DNA of 64,000 nt from an uncultured virus (IMG/VR IMGVR_UViG_3300044724_006669) (IMGVR_UViG_3300044724_006669:1-64000), one strand, 5' to 3'. Positions 1 to 8,168 are shown, numbered from the stretch's first letter. Translations and numbers: made by a program. Notes: generated by a model from the sequence alone, not told the origin.

Positions 1-1269
1 TTTAGTGAGGCAACAACAAGTCGTTATGCATTAGGTTTATATTCAACAAACTCTAATGTTGATGCTGGTATTAGCAATGGTTGGACAACAGAAGCAGACG
101 GTTACACAGGATCACCTTACACAGATAGTGATGGTAATAGTGTAAATTATGGCAATGGTGATCATACTATTGGTTTAACTTGGCATTGGACAGGCGTAAG
201 TGCAGGTGATATTTTAACTGCCGAATATGCTTACATTTTTGGTCCTAGTGCTTTTGGTGCCGCTGATACTGCTATCGAAGGCGGTGCAGGTGGTGGAACT
301 GCAGGCGAAACACCTAGTGACTGGGGTGATGTCAATGATGAAGGATCAGCAACAGATGCTGCAAGTGGCCCAACTAAAATAGGAACTGCAACATCAAGTG
401 TTACAAGTCACACTGCATCAGAAACTGCTAAGATACAAACTATTGCTAGAGAAAAAACTACCAGTACATTTGATGTTTATGATGATGGTACAAACACACT
501 AACAGGTACAACAGTAGAAACTCTTACTCCTTTTACAGGACGTATAGATCAGGTTGCATCAGCACAAGATGTTACAAGTACTGCAATACGCAACCTAACT
601 TTTGATGGTCCAAAAGCAATTGCTATGGATAGTAAAATGAGTGGTGGACTAACTGGTACTACAAAAGGTGCAGTATTGGGTGCTAGTAAAATAAACAATG
701 ACACAGGTTATGCTATAGCATTAGGTGCTGCAAAATTTAGCACTAGTCTAAAAGGCAATGATGATACTGTTACTGCTAAAACAAATGTACTGGGTGTAAA
801 TGTAGGCAAAAAAGTCACACAGGGTGATGTTACAATAGGCCTGAAACACGCAATGACAGACTATGATGTGTCACGTATTATTGGTGATTTCTCAAACACT
901 GCGGATACTAATGGAACAGATACTTCAATCAGTGTAAGTTTTAGCCCAACAAATGAAAAGTTTCGTCCTATTGTTGGATTAACAAAAGGTAAGAAAAAAG
1001 TAAGTGGATACACAGAAACAGGTTCAGTACAAAGTCTTAGAACAGTAGCAAATGATACTGATAACTATGGCTATGCAACTGTAGGTCTAAAAGGAGATCT
1101 AGGTCCAGTTGATTTCACAGTATTGCATCACACAGATGGTGTAAATGATATTGCAGTCGGACTTGAGAAAGTTAATGAAAATATAACTTTTAGAGTCGAA
1201 GCAAACAGATCAATGACAGACTTAGGTAATACTAATGTCATTTCTGCAGGTGTCCAGATTACCTGGTGA
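1..1269 (+). CDS. Autotransporter-like / outer-membrane beta-barrel protein (5' partial)
   Basis: Frame 1 is open from position 1, upstream of the ATG at 625. G/T/S-rich N-part, then alternating-hydrophobic beta strands ending ...VISAGVQITW (C-terminal aromatic typical of BAM substrates). Confidence 0.55.
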   Translation, partial: FSEATTSRYALGLYSTNSNVDAGISNGWTTEADGYTGSPYTDSDGNSVNYGNGDHTIGLTWHWTGVSAGDILTAEYAYIFGPSAFGAADTAIEGGAGGGTAGETPSDWGDVNDEGSATDAASGPTKIGTATSSVTSHTASETAKIQTIAREKTTSTFDVYDDGTNTLTGTTVETLTPFTGRIDQVASAQDVTSTAIRNLTFDGPKAIAMDSKMSGGLTGTTKGAVLGASKINNDTGYAIALGAAKFSTSLKGNDDTVTAKTNVLGVNVGKKVTQGDVTIGLKHAMTDYDVSRIIGDFSNTADTNGTDTSISVSFSPTNEKFRPIVGLTKGKKKVSGYTETGSVQSLRTVANDTDNYGYATVGLKGDLGPVDFTVLHHTDGVNDIAVGLEKVNENITFRVEANRSMTDLGNTNVISAGVQITW

Positions 1270-1282
1270 TAAGTAAATTTGT

Positions 1283-1432
1283 AAAGACATAGTATATTCA
1301 ATTATTGCGTTACCCTCGCTGTGAACCGACTATGTCTTTCGCCTTGACAAGTCTCAGGAGAGGTATACTGAGAGTCGGGGTGTAACGTTCTGTGTTGCAC
1401 AAGGTAGTTGGCGAGGTTAGGTGGCGGCTACC
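1283..1432 (+). ncRNA. Candidate structured RNA 1 (four hairpins, possible loop-loop pseudoknot)
   Basis: GC-rich intergenic stretch. Stems: 1283-1293/1329-1339 (11 bp perfect); 1342-1348/1374-1380 with 1352-1357/1368-1373; 1380-1386/1394-1400; 1403-1410/1425-1432. G-U pairs favour the + strand. Confidence 0.6.
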
Positions 1433-1446
1433 ATTTTATAAAAAAA

Positions 1447-1476
1447 GGTTGACATACTGTAAATAGATGCTATTAT
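1447..1476 (+). promoter_or_regulatory. sigma70-type early promoter
   Basis: GG-TTGACA 1449-1454, 16-nt spacer, TGc-TATTAT 1471-1476; AAGGAG RBS before ATG 1507. Confidence 0.75.
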
Positions 1477-1506
1477 AAGTATATTAATTGATAAGGAGTT
1501 ATTTAC

Positions 1507-1944
1507 ATGAAACTATTAAACATTGCCATTGCAAGTACTGCTTTAGCACTAGTCGCATTACCAGTACAAGCATTTGATTCTAATACAAATGGTGTAATTA
1601 GAGACCATTACAAAAGCATAATCAAACAACAACCATATCAGGTTGAAGTATGTCAAGATGTTTCAATTGGTGGTGATAGAACACACGACACACTAAGAGG
1701 TGCAATCATTGGTGGTATCATTGGTAACAATGTAACCAAAAACATGCCTGATGGTGGCACTGCTGGTGCTATACTAGGTGGGTTATTGGGCAACATGAAC
1801 AGTGATGCTAGAGGTGGTGTACAAAGACAGTGTAGTTATCAAACCAGATACAACGAAGTTCAGCAGAATGATATTTATTCACACAGTACAATTACTTTTA
1901 CTGATGGAAATGGAAAGCAACACACATTAAAATTTCGCAAATAA
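1507..1944 (+). CDS. Glycine-zipper 2TM exported protein (YcfJ/17-kDa antigen-like)
   Basis: N-terminal signal peptide, GAIIGGIIG...GAILGGLLG zipper, flanking Cys pair. Confidence 0.75.
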   Translation: MKLLNIAIASTALALVALPVQAFDSNTNGVIRDHYKSIIKQQPYQVEVCQDVSIGGDRTHDTLRGAIIGGIIGNNVTKNMPDGGTAGAILGGLLGNMNSDARGGVQRQCSYQTRYNEVQQNDIYSHSTITFTDGNGKQHTLKFRK

Positions 1945-1956
1945 TATGCAAATAGT

Positions 1957-1987
1957 GGTTGACAGACACAATATATAGTGTTAATAT
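1957..1987 (+). promoter_or_regulatory. sigma70-type early promoter
   Basis: GG-TTGACA 1959-1964, 17-nt spacer, TGt-TAATAT 1982-1987; downstream AGTTAGAAA 1997-2005 shared with two other promoters. Confidence 0.7.
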
Positions 1988-2023
1988 ACATTATAAAGTT
2001 AGAAAACAGAAAAGGAACTTAAA

Positions 2024-2248
2024 ATGGAAAAAACAAAATATATTGTGTCAAGACTAGCCATAATTGCAATTGCAACTGCTGTAGTTTTAGCCGCCGTACG
2101 TGGTTTAATATACATAGCGAATACATATGGGTTTGAAGCACAACAGGTTGTAACAGGTTTTGGCATTGCGGCATGTTTTGGAATGTTGGTTTGGTGGCTC
2201 AGTGAAAGTTACGAACTAAACAAGTTAAAAAACATTAGAAAAGACTAA
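2024..2248 (+). CDS. Small membrane protein (2 TM)
   Basis: Two hydrophobic segments, AAGGA RBS, own promoter. Confidence 0.7.
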   Translation: MEKTKYIVSRLAIIAIATAVVLAAVRGLIYIANTYGFEAQQVVTGFGIAACFGMLVWWLSESYELNKLKNIRKD

Positions 2249-2252
2249 GGTT

Positions 2253-2442
2253 TACAGTGCAGGGTTTGGAAAGAGGTGGGCAAGAAGGTAAAACTTATGT
2301 CCCCAGCCCCCTAGTTGCAAAGAGGTACGGGAGCCTAGATCTCTTGTTAGAATATCAGGCGGACCTGGTCGGAGGTGACACACAGCACCTCCCGTTTAGA
2401 TCATGAGAGGGTCCTTAAACATGTGCAACACTCTGCATTGTA
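2253..2442 (+). ncRNA. Candidate structured RNA 2 (~190 nt multibranch)
   Basis: 13-bp closing stem 2253-2265/2430-2442 with two G-U pairs. Internal hairpins 2278-2282/2298-2302, 2320-2326/2339-2345, 2354-2359/2364-2369, 2371-2377/2386-2392, ~2394-2420. Confidence 0.65.
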
Positions 2443-2453
2443 TTGGAGGTAAT

Positions 2454-2660
2454 ATGTATTTAGAAAATCGAGATACAAAGTTTAAAAAAGTCGGCAACAA
2501 GCACTATGTCGAGTTTTATGAAGACAACAGATTACTAGGTTTAATTGATTACAGTGACCATAGTATGCATTATGTTGAAGACGCAGTGGAAAACTTCCGC
2601 AGTGGAATTATGACAACTGAAACAATAAAAAGGTACAATATCAATGGCAAGAATCAGTAA
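2454..2660 (+). CDS. Hypothetical protein (68 aa)
   Basis: GGAGGT RBS 2445-2450 before ATG 2454; the track's longer start (2403) lies inside the structured element. Confidence 0.7.
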   Translation: MYLENRDTKFKKVGNKHYVEFYEDNRLLGLIDYSDHSMHYVEDAVENFRSGIMTTETIKRYNINGKNQ

Positions 2661-2901
2661 TACCAAAGGCACAAAAAACGTAGGCGGAAGTAGATATGAT
2701 TTAATTATGGCTGCATCCACAAGAGCAAGAAGTTACAGTGCTGACAATCAGCCATTGACTCCGCATTTTAACAAAAGAGGAATGACTGCTCTTAGGGAAA
2801 TTGAAGCAGGGCTGATATCAATTGAAGAAAATAGAGAGTTGATGGTAAACAAATATCGACAGCATTTTCCTAAAGAAACAGACCCCATCCTTGATAACTA
2901 A
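2644..2901 (+). CDS. rpoZ: RNA polymerase omega subunit homologue
   Basis: MARIS...SRYDLIMAASTRAR...PL...K...TALREIEAGLI matches the omega pattern MAR.T...NRF.LV..AA.RAR...PL...K....ALREI..G. Confidence 0.8.
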   Translation: MARISNTKGTKNVGGSRYDLIMAASTRARSYSADNQPLTPHFNKRGMTALREIEAGLISIEENRELMVNKYRQHFPKETDPILDN

Positions 2902-3399
2902 ATGTATAGAGTCACAGGCTATTGGCGTGAAACAAAAATTGTGCAATATTTTAATTCAAGATATGATGCAATTGATTTCAAAGATGTTGTCGATGCAAAT
3001 TATCCAATAAAAGTGACATTTGAAAAAGGAGTTTATCCGATGAAAGAATGGATTGTTAGTTGTTGGAATAGTATAATGGATGATCGACGAAATCCTCTTA
3101 GTGCTATTCCAGACACAAATGTAAGACACATGGTCATGCAGGTATTAGCATGGATGTGGTGTATTATTTTTAGCATGGGCTTGGGCAGTTTAACAGTATT
3201 TGCCTATACCGCAGTAGCACACACATTGTTAATTGCAGGTATTGTTGCAACAGTTGTGATATTTGAGACTGCAAAACGTAAGCCCAGTTTCTTTTTAAAC
3301 AATGGATATCACACACCAAGCAGAAGTAGAGGCTATATGTGGGTGAACGGTGAAAAAATCAAGTTAGATAAAAATGATCCCGGGGGAGAACATGAATGA
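2902..3399 (+). CDS. Hypothetical membrane protein, possible internal start at 3040
   Basis: Two TM segments in the C-half; AAAGGAG precedes in-frame ATG 3040. Confidence 0.6.
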   Translation: MYRVTGYWRETKIVQYFNSRYDAIDFKDVVDANYPIKVTFEKGVYPMKEWIVSCWNSIMDDRRNPLSAIPDTNVRHMVMQVLAWMWCIIFSMGLGSLTVFAYTAVAHTLLIAGIVATVVIFETAKRKPSFFLNNGYHTPSRSRGYMWVNGEKIKLDKNDPGGEHE

Positions 3400-3995
3400 A
3401 AATACATAAATTTAACATTAGAATATTCTTAGTTACACTGCTTGCACTTCTTTGGAGTGCTTCTGCATTTGCAGATAAAGGTATTACCATATGTCATGGA
3501 CAATTTGCATTGTGTGCCGCTAGTGCATGCAAACCAACAGGTGGAACAATTACCAATCAATCTGGAGAATCATTTCCAGAAGTGAAATGTACTTGTCCTA
3601 TATTATTTGGTGATAACATAGCTGATCTAAGTGCAGGAAACATGACAAGTTGTGAACCAACAGGCGAAAATTCAGTATGGAGTACGTTTTGGCCAAGAGC
3701 TGATTATCCAAGACAACAAAATGATTTTTCTCATAACACAGAAAAAATGAGAGGAAACATTGTTGAATGTCCAGCCAGCCTCAAACAAGGACATCGAGCA
3801 AGTAATTGCTTCAGTTGGAACTGCAAAATAGACAAAAACGGATTGGCTGTATGTAGTTGCCCAATGGGGCAAGAACCACCAGAGACTGCATTCTTGATTG
3901 AAAGCACCATTGAAGGTACACAACGTTGTAGTGAACATCCAGTAAGTTTGCCATTGGTTAGTCAAATGTTTGAACGGTCACAACAGAAGAAATAA
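3396..3995 (+). CDS. Cys-rich exported protein
   Basis: Signal peptide ending ASAFA; many Cys including CAASAC, CTCP, CSCP motifs. Confidence 0.7.
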   Translation: MKIHKFNIRIFLVTLLALLWSASAFADKGITICHGQFALCAASACKPTGGTITNQSGESFPEVKCTCPILFGDNIADLSAGNMTSCEPTGENSVWSTFWPRADYPRQQNDFSHNTEKMRGNIVECPASLKQGHRASNCFSWNCKIDKNGLAVCSCPMGQEPPETAFLIESTIEGTQRCSEHPVSLPLVSQMFERSQQKK

Positions 3996-4003
3996 ATATC
4001 ACA

Positions 4004-4111
4004 ATGAAAAGAGATGAACTTCGTGAATTACTAGGACAACTGCTTTTCACGTTTGTGTTTCTAATGCTACAAATCATTGGAGTGTTTGTTATTTTTAAGG
4101 ATCAACTATGA
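4004..4111 (+). CDS. Small membrane peptide (35 aa, not in ORF track)
   Basis: MKRDELRELLGQLLFTFVFLMLQIIGVFVIFKDQL; fills the gap; ATGA overlap with the next gene; TAAATA at 3993-3998. Confidence 0.55.
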   Translation: MKRDELRELLGQLLFTFVFLMLQIIGVFVIFKDQL

Positions 4112-4320
4112 ATGAAATTGAACTAGATCCTGATCTTCGATTGTGGGAATATGATGATGACGGCTTGCAGATATATCAGCTGAAATGTGGATTTGGTACT
4201 AAAACACCATGGGACGGTGGCCATGCACACTACATGAAAAAGTTAATTGAACACGATAAAAATCGCACACCTTGGGCAGATAGACTTAAATATTGGGAGA
4301 ATTTATATGCCAAACGGTAA
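4108..4320 (+). CDS. Hypothetical protein
   Basis: AAGGA RBS, tiled with neighbours. Confidence 0.6.
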   Translation: MNEIELDPDLRLWEYDDDGLQIYQLKCGFGTKTPWDGGHAHYMKKLIEHDKNRTPWADRLKYWENLYAKR

Positions 4321-4498
4321 TCGGTTTCAAAATGAATTAATGTTTGCAGTAAAAGGACAATTAATTCCAGATTCATGGAATGTGTCAGACATTGAACGTA
4401 TGGAACGAGCATACATCAAAAGGCTATGGGGCAACTGCGAAAGACTGCCTTGTACACTAGATAGATTTGAAAAAGAATGGGAAAAAGCAAATGGGTAA
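4307..4498 (+). CDS. Hypothetical protein
   Basis: GGAG RBS before ATG 4307 (MPNGNRFQ...). Confidence 0.55.
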   Translation: MPNGNRFQNELMFAVKGQLIPDSWNVSDIERMERAYIKRLWGNCERLPCTLDRFEKEWEKANG

Positions 4499-4748
4499 AA
4501 AGAAATCAAGAACCAGTCAAACCTCAAAAGGCATGGTAGGCAATTCATACAAGCATGCATCAAAAGCACTGAGAAAAGAATATATGCAGAGTGTTGAAAG
4601 ATTAAACAATCAACTTGCGGCATTTAAAAGAGGTAGACGTGTTATGATTACTATCCCTAACCCAAACACCAACGAAACCAACAAACGTTACATACGTGTA
4701 AATGCACGTGATGTTTGGACAGGTGGCGGAAAAGAAAAAAGAAAATAA
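4491..4748 (+). CDS. Small basic hypothetical protein
   Basis: MGKKKSRTSQ... K/R-rich; overlaps the previous stop. Confidence 0.65.
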   Translation: MGKKKSRTSQTSKGMVGNSYKHASKALRKEYMQSVERLNNQLAAFKRGRRVMITIPNPNTNETNKRYIRVNARDVWTGGGKEKRK

Positions 4749-4763
4749 ACTAAAAAGGTCTTT

Positions 4764-5849
4764 ATGTTTTTCTATATTTCTCGTACTGAATCAGAGTACA
4801 AAAAACCCCTAAGCACGACATACAAAGTAAAAGACTATTATATACAACTAGACAAAGGCTGGCAAAGATTCAATAATATCTTTTATAAAGGCTATACCAT
4901 TGGTGAAAATTTAGAAAGCAAAGTACAATCTTATAACTTTAGTACTACCAGAGGCAACTATGTAATTTTGGATTTTTCTCACACACCTGCTATCTACTAC
5001 GACGATTCTCGAGGCTTTCCATTATTTTTAAACAAAGATATATTAACAAATATCAATGATAACCTATTAGAAACAATTTATTTCAATGGCACTGCAATCA
5101 ACGTGAATGATGAATGGAGATGGAAACAGGCTGATGAAAAATATTCAATTAGTTTTGATTCTGATCACAAAATTTACAATAAGACTGAACTAGTTGATGT
5201 AGTGTGCAATTATTTGATTACAGTAACACAACAACTTGAAACTACCATTCCGCTAATAGCGGCAGATAGCCCAGGTGTTGATGTTGCTATGGTTAAAAGT
5301 GCATTTGATTATTGTAACATAGAATATTCTACTGGTAACCAATCTTCGACCAAACAAGACTTATCTAATTTAGGTTGGGGTTACGATCAAATGCACGTTA
5401 TCGACACTCCACATATGCAACTTACAGGGTTTTCTGGCGATGAATTACTTTTAAGAAATCCCATGTTTGTTCAATGGCTTCTAGATTGTCACGGAATTGA
5501 TTTATGCCAAGAATTTGACAACATTGATAGCTGTTATATGAAGGGATTCTTCAATGAAAAGTATCGAAATAAGATATTAAAACGTAATGAAATATTTTAC
5601 GACCAAGATGAAGGATTTAATCATACTGCCAATGTTGCCTTAAACGATTTTCAAATGTGGCATCTTGATAATGCTATTACTTTTACACCTTTGAGAAATC
5701 TTGATATTGCAATTGAATGTTTGTATGCCGAACCAGATGTTGTCCTTGATCAAGTAATGCATGGTGGATTAAGCAAGGCTGTAATTAAAAAGCTCAATCC
5801 AAAAAATTTAGAAAGTATTTCTGTATATAAAAATAACTATCTTCCGTAA
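4764..5849 (+). CDS. Divergent asparagine-synthetase-like (N-type ATP PPase-like) protein
   Basis: GNYVIL...DDSRGFPLF (GATase-like), SPGVD (altered SGGxDS), TGFSGDELL. Confidence 0.5.
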   Translation: MFFYISRTESEYKKPLSTTYKVKDYYIQLDKGWQRFNNIFYKGYTIGENLESKVQSYNFSTTRGNYVILDFSHTPAIYYDDSRGFPLFLNKDILTNINDNLLETIYFNGTAINVNDEWRWKQADEKYSISFDSDHKIYNKTELVDVVCNYLITVTQQLETTIPLIAADSPGVDVAMVKSAFDYCNIEYSTGNQSSTKQDLSNLGWGYDQMHVIDTPHMQLTGFSGDELLLRNPMFVQWLLDCHGIDLCQEFDNIDSCYMKGFFNEKYRNKILKRNEIFYDQDEGFNHTANVALNDFQMWHLDNAITFTPLRNLDIAIECLYAEPDVVLDQVMHGGLSKAVIKKLNPKNLESISVYKNNYLP

Positions 5850-5855
5850 AAAACT

Positions 5856-5885
5856 GGTTGACATAATATAATCCTGTGTTACTAT
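5856..5885 (+). promoter_or_regulatory. sigma70-type early promoter
   Basis: GG-TTGACA 5858-5863, 16-nt spacer, TGt-TACTAT 5880-5885. Confidence 0.75.
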
Positions 5886-5916
5886 GTATATACAGTTAGA
5901 AACAAGGAGATAGCTT

Positions 5917-7011
5917 ATGTCAAGTTCAAGTCAAATTGAATACAGAACAGTTACTACTGCTGGTGCAAAAAGTGCAATTAAAGTAGCATTCAAAAAACAA
6001 AGACCAATATTTTTATGGGGACCTCCAGGTGTTGGTAAGTCAGATATAGTTCAGCAGATTACCAATGATGCTGGAGGTTATATGTTTGATTTACGTTTAG
6101 GTCAAATGGATCCAACAGACCTTAGAGGTATGCCCTACTTCAACAAAGAACTAGGCGTAATGGATTGGGCTCCGCCTATTGATCTTCCATCACCAGAATT
6201 TGCCAAAGACTATCCAATGATCACAGTATTCTTGGATGAAATGAATAGTGCACCTGCTAGTGTACAAGCCGCCGCTTACCAGTTGGTGCTTAACAGAAGA
6301 TTAGGCAAGTATGTATTGCCGGACAATGTGGTTATTATTGCCGCTGGTAACAGAGAGTCAGACAAAGGTGTTACCTTTAGAATGCCTACTCCACTTGCAA
6401 ATAGATTTGTACACGTAGAGATACGTGCAGACTATGAAGCATGGTTTGATTGGGCCGTTGAAAATGGTATACATCCTGATGTAGTAGGTTACTTGAGTTT
6501 TGCTAAACAGGACTTGTATGATTTTGATGCAAAGAGTGCAAGTAGAGCTTTTGCTACTCCAAGATCATGGAGTTTTGTAAGCGAACTTATTGAAGAGGAC
6601 ATGACGGAAACCACTGCAACTGATCTGATTGCTGGTACCATTGGTGAAGGTCTTGCAGTTAAGTTTCAAGCACACAGAAAGATTGCTGGTAAACTTCCTA
6701 ATCCAACAGATGTGCTTGCTGGTAAGGTTAGCAAACTGGATGTGCAAGAAGTTAGTGCAATGTATTCACTTACTATTAGTATGTGTTATGAGCTTAAAGA
6801 AGCATTAGCAACTGTTAAAGATGCTGAGTTTCACAAGATGAGTGATAACTTCTTTAGGTTTATGATGGATAACTTTGAAACTGAGTTGGTTGTTATGGGT
6901 GCAAGGATTGCATTGACAACATATGCTATTCCGTTTCAACCTACTAAACTTAAAAACTTTGATGAGTTTCATCAACGTTATGGCAAGTACATACTTGCTA
7001 GTCAAGGATAA
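5917..7011 (+). CDS. MoxR/dynein-related AAA+ ATPase
   Basis: Walker A GPPGVGKS, Walker B VFLDEMN, AAGNR, LANRF, TPRSW. Confidence 0.9.
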   Translation: MSSSSQIEYRTVTTAGAKSAIKVAFKKQRPIFLWGPPGVGKSDIVQQITNDAGGYMFDLRLGQMDPTDLRGMPYFNKELGVMDWAPPIDLPSPEFAKDYPMITVFLDEMNSAPASVQAAAYQLVLNRRLGKYVLPDNVVIIAAGNRESDKGVTFRMPTPLANRFVHVEIRADYEAWFDWAVENGIHPDVVGYLSFAKQDLYDFDAKSASRAFATPRSWSFVSELIEEDMTETTATDLIAGTIGEGLAVKFQAHRKIAGKLPNPTDVLAGKVSKLDVQEVSAMYSLTISMCYELKEALATVKDAEFHKMSDNFFRFMMDNFETELVVMGARIALTTYAIPFQPTKLKNFDEFHQRYGKYILASQG

Positions 7012-7060
7012 CAGAATTGGTTGAGGGCCATTTTCTAACTGTAACACCTAAGGCATAACT

Positions 7061-7372
7061 ATGCAGGCCCTCAACCAAATTACAGGTGCTATGGATGACA
7101 TAGACACTATACTTCAGAGGCACTTGAAAGATTATGTTCAAGTGCCTCGTCGTTATACACCTTATGATCCTCGAGAATGGACCAACCTACTTAAACAGGT
7201 ACATCAAGATTTTGGACGTCCTAGTGAACGTTGGGCTTGGATGCTAGATCATGAATGGCAACGTAAAATGATGGAAGATCCAGAATGGCGTGGTGTGGCA
7301 GTGAACGAATGGCATGTGATATTCTACTTTAAAAAAGAATCAGACGCAGTGATGTTTGGACTTAAATACTAG
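7061..7372 (+). CDS. Hypothetical protein
   Basis: C-terminal FYFKKESDAVMFGLKY motif resembles the next ORF. Confidence 0.65.
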   Translation: MQALNQITGAMDDIDTILQRHLKDYVQVPRRYTPYDPREWTNLLKQVHQDFGRPSERWAWMLDHEWQRKMMEDPEWRGVAVNEWHVIFYFKKESDAVMFGLKY

Positions 7373-7373
7373 C

Positions 7374-7718
7374 ATGAAATACACTGTTAAAAAACTTGAC
7401 GGACGTTATGCATATAATAATTACTTTGAATATTGTATAGAGTTTCAACGCAGCACATTTGGACCATTTGATTTTCATACTTGTATGGGCTGGATGATAG
7501 AAACCTATGGGTATAGTGCTGAAGTACGTGACTTCATGTACATTAGAGGAATGTTGCTAAAACGCCAACAGTTTAATGTTCCTAACAGTGATGCACCACA
7601 TTTTGTTAATCAGCAGTGGAGTTGGACAAACGGAAGTGAAAATTTACGTTTATACATGAAAAGCGAAAAAGAAGTTAGCTTCTTTAAACTTAAATGGGCG
7701 AAAGATGAAAACAATTGA
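7374..7718 (+). CDS. Hypothetical protein
   Basis: ATG 7374 directly after the previous stop; C-terminal LYMKSEKEVSFFKLKW. Confidence 0.65.
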   Translation: MKYTVKKLDGRYAYNNYFEYCIEFQRSTFGPFDFHTCMGWMIETYGYSAEVRDFMYIRGMLLKRQQFNVPNSDAPHFVNQQWSWTNGSENLRLYMKSEKEVSFFKLKWAKDENN

Positions 7719-7929
7719 TCTACATGGTAGAACCGTACATGATGCATGGAAGTTATTCATAGCATTTGCATATGAAAAATGGCTAGACAAAGAAAAAGAA
7801 ATACGAGTTATCACCGGTCACGGCGCCATACAAAAAGAATTCCCCAGCTGGTGCGAGGCCTCTAACCATGTCCGTAAATGGGAAACTGAACCATATAATC
7901 GTGGCAGTTGGAAAGTGAGACTTAGATGA
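7705..7929 (+). CDS. Stand-alone Smr (small MutS-related) domain protein
   Basis: IDLHGRTV.DA ... VITGHG ... N.GS..V Smr signature. Confidence 0.8.
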   Translation: MKTIDLHGRTVHDAWKLFIAFAYEKWLDKEKEIRVITGHGAIQKEFPSWCEASNHVRKWETEPYNRGSWKVRLR

Positions 7930-8114
7930 ATACTGGAACTAGTATGTATGTTGTTGAAAAACAGAAAAGACATTCAGACTATAGACAGTTAGTTGGTGTG
8001 TATGAAAACAAAGAACTTGCAGATGCCGGCGGTGAAGAAAGTCTTGAATTTAGTGATCCTGATAATTGGAATATATTAATAACAATCGTGCCTCTAAATG
8101 GCAAATTAGGTTGA
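7926..8114 (+). CDS. Hypothetical protein
   Basis: ATGA-coupled small ORF. Confidence 0.55.
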   Translation: MNTGTSMYVVEKQKRHSDYRQLVGVYENKELADAGGEESLEFSDPDNWNILITIVPLNGKLG

Positions 8115-8138
8115 CACTTTCACAATATGTGTTACAAT
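8109..8138 (+). promoter_or_regulatory. sigma70-type early promoter
   Basis: GG-TTGACA 8111-8116, 16-nt spacer, TGt-TACAAT 8133-8138. Confidence 0.75.
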
Positions 8139-8168
8139 GTATATACAGTTAGAAATTAGGAGTAGCAC

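Noticed and set aside
2253..2442. Identification as RNase P, tmRNA, tRNA, SRP or cobalamin riboswitch
   Set aside because: GGAAAG is present, but the RNase P P4 consensus, T-loop GTTCRA, CCA end, SRP motif and B12 box are not.
2403..2453. ORF-track start at 2403
   Set aside because: Lies inside the structured element; the strong RBS supports ATG 2454.
7013..7036. Hairpin after the AAA ATPase as a terminator
   Set aside because: Weak stem with a mismatch and no clear U-tract.
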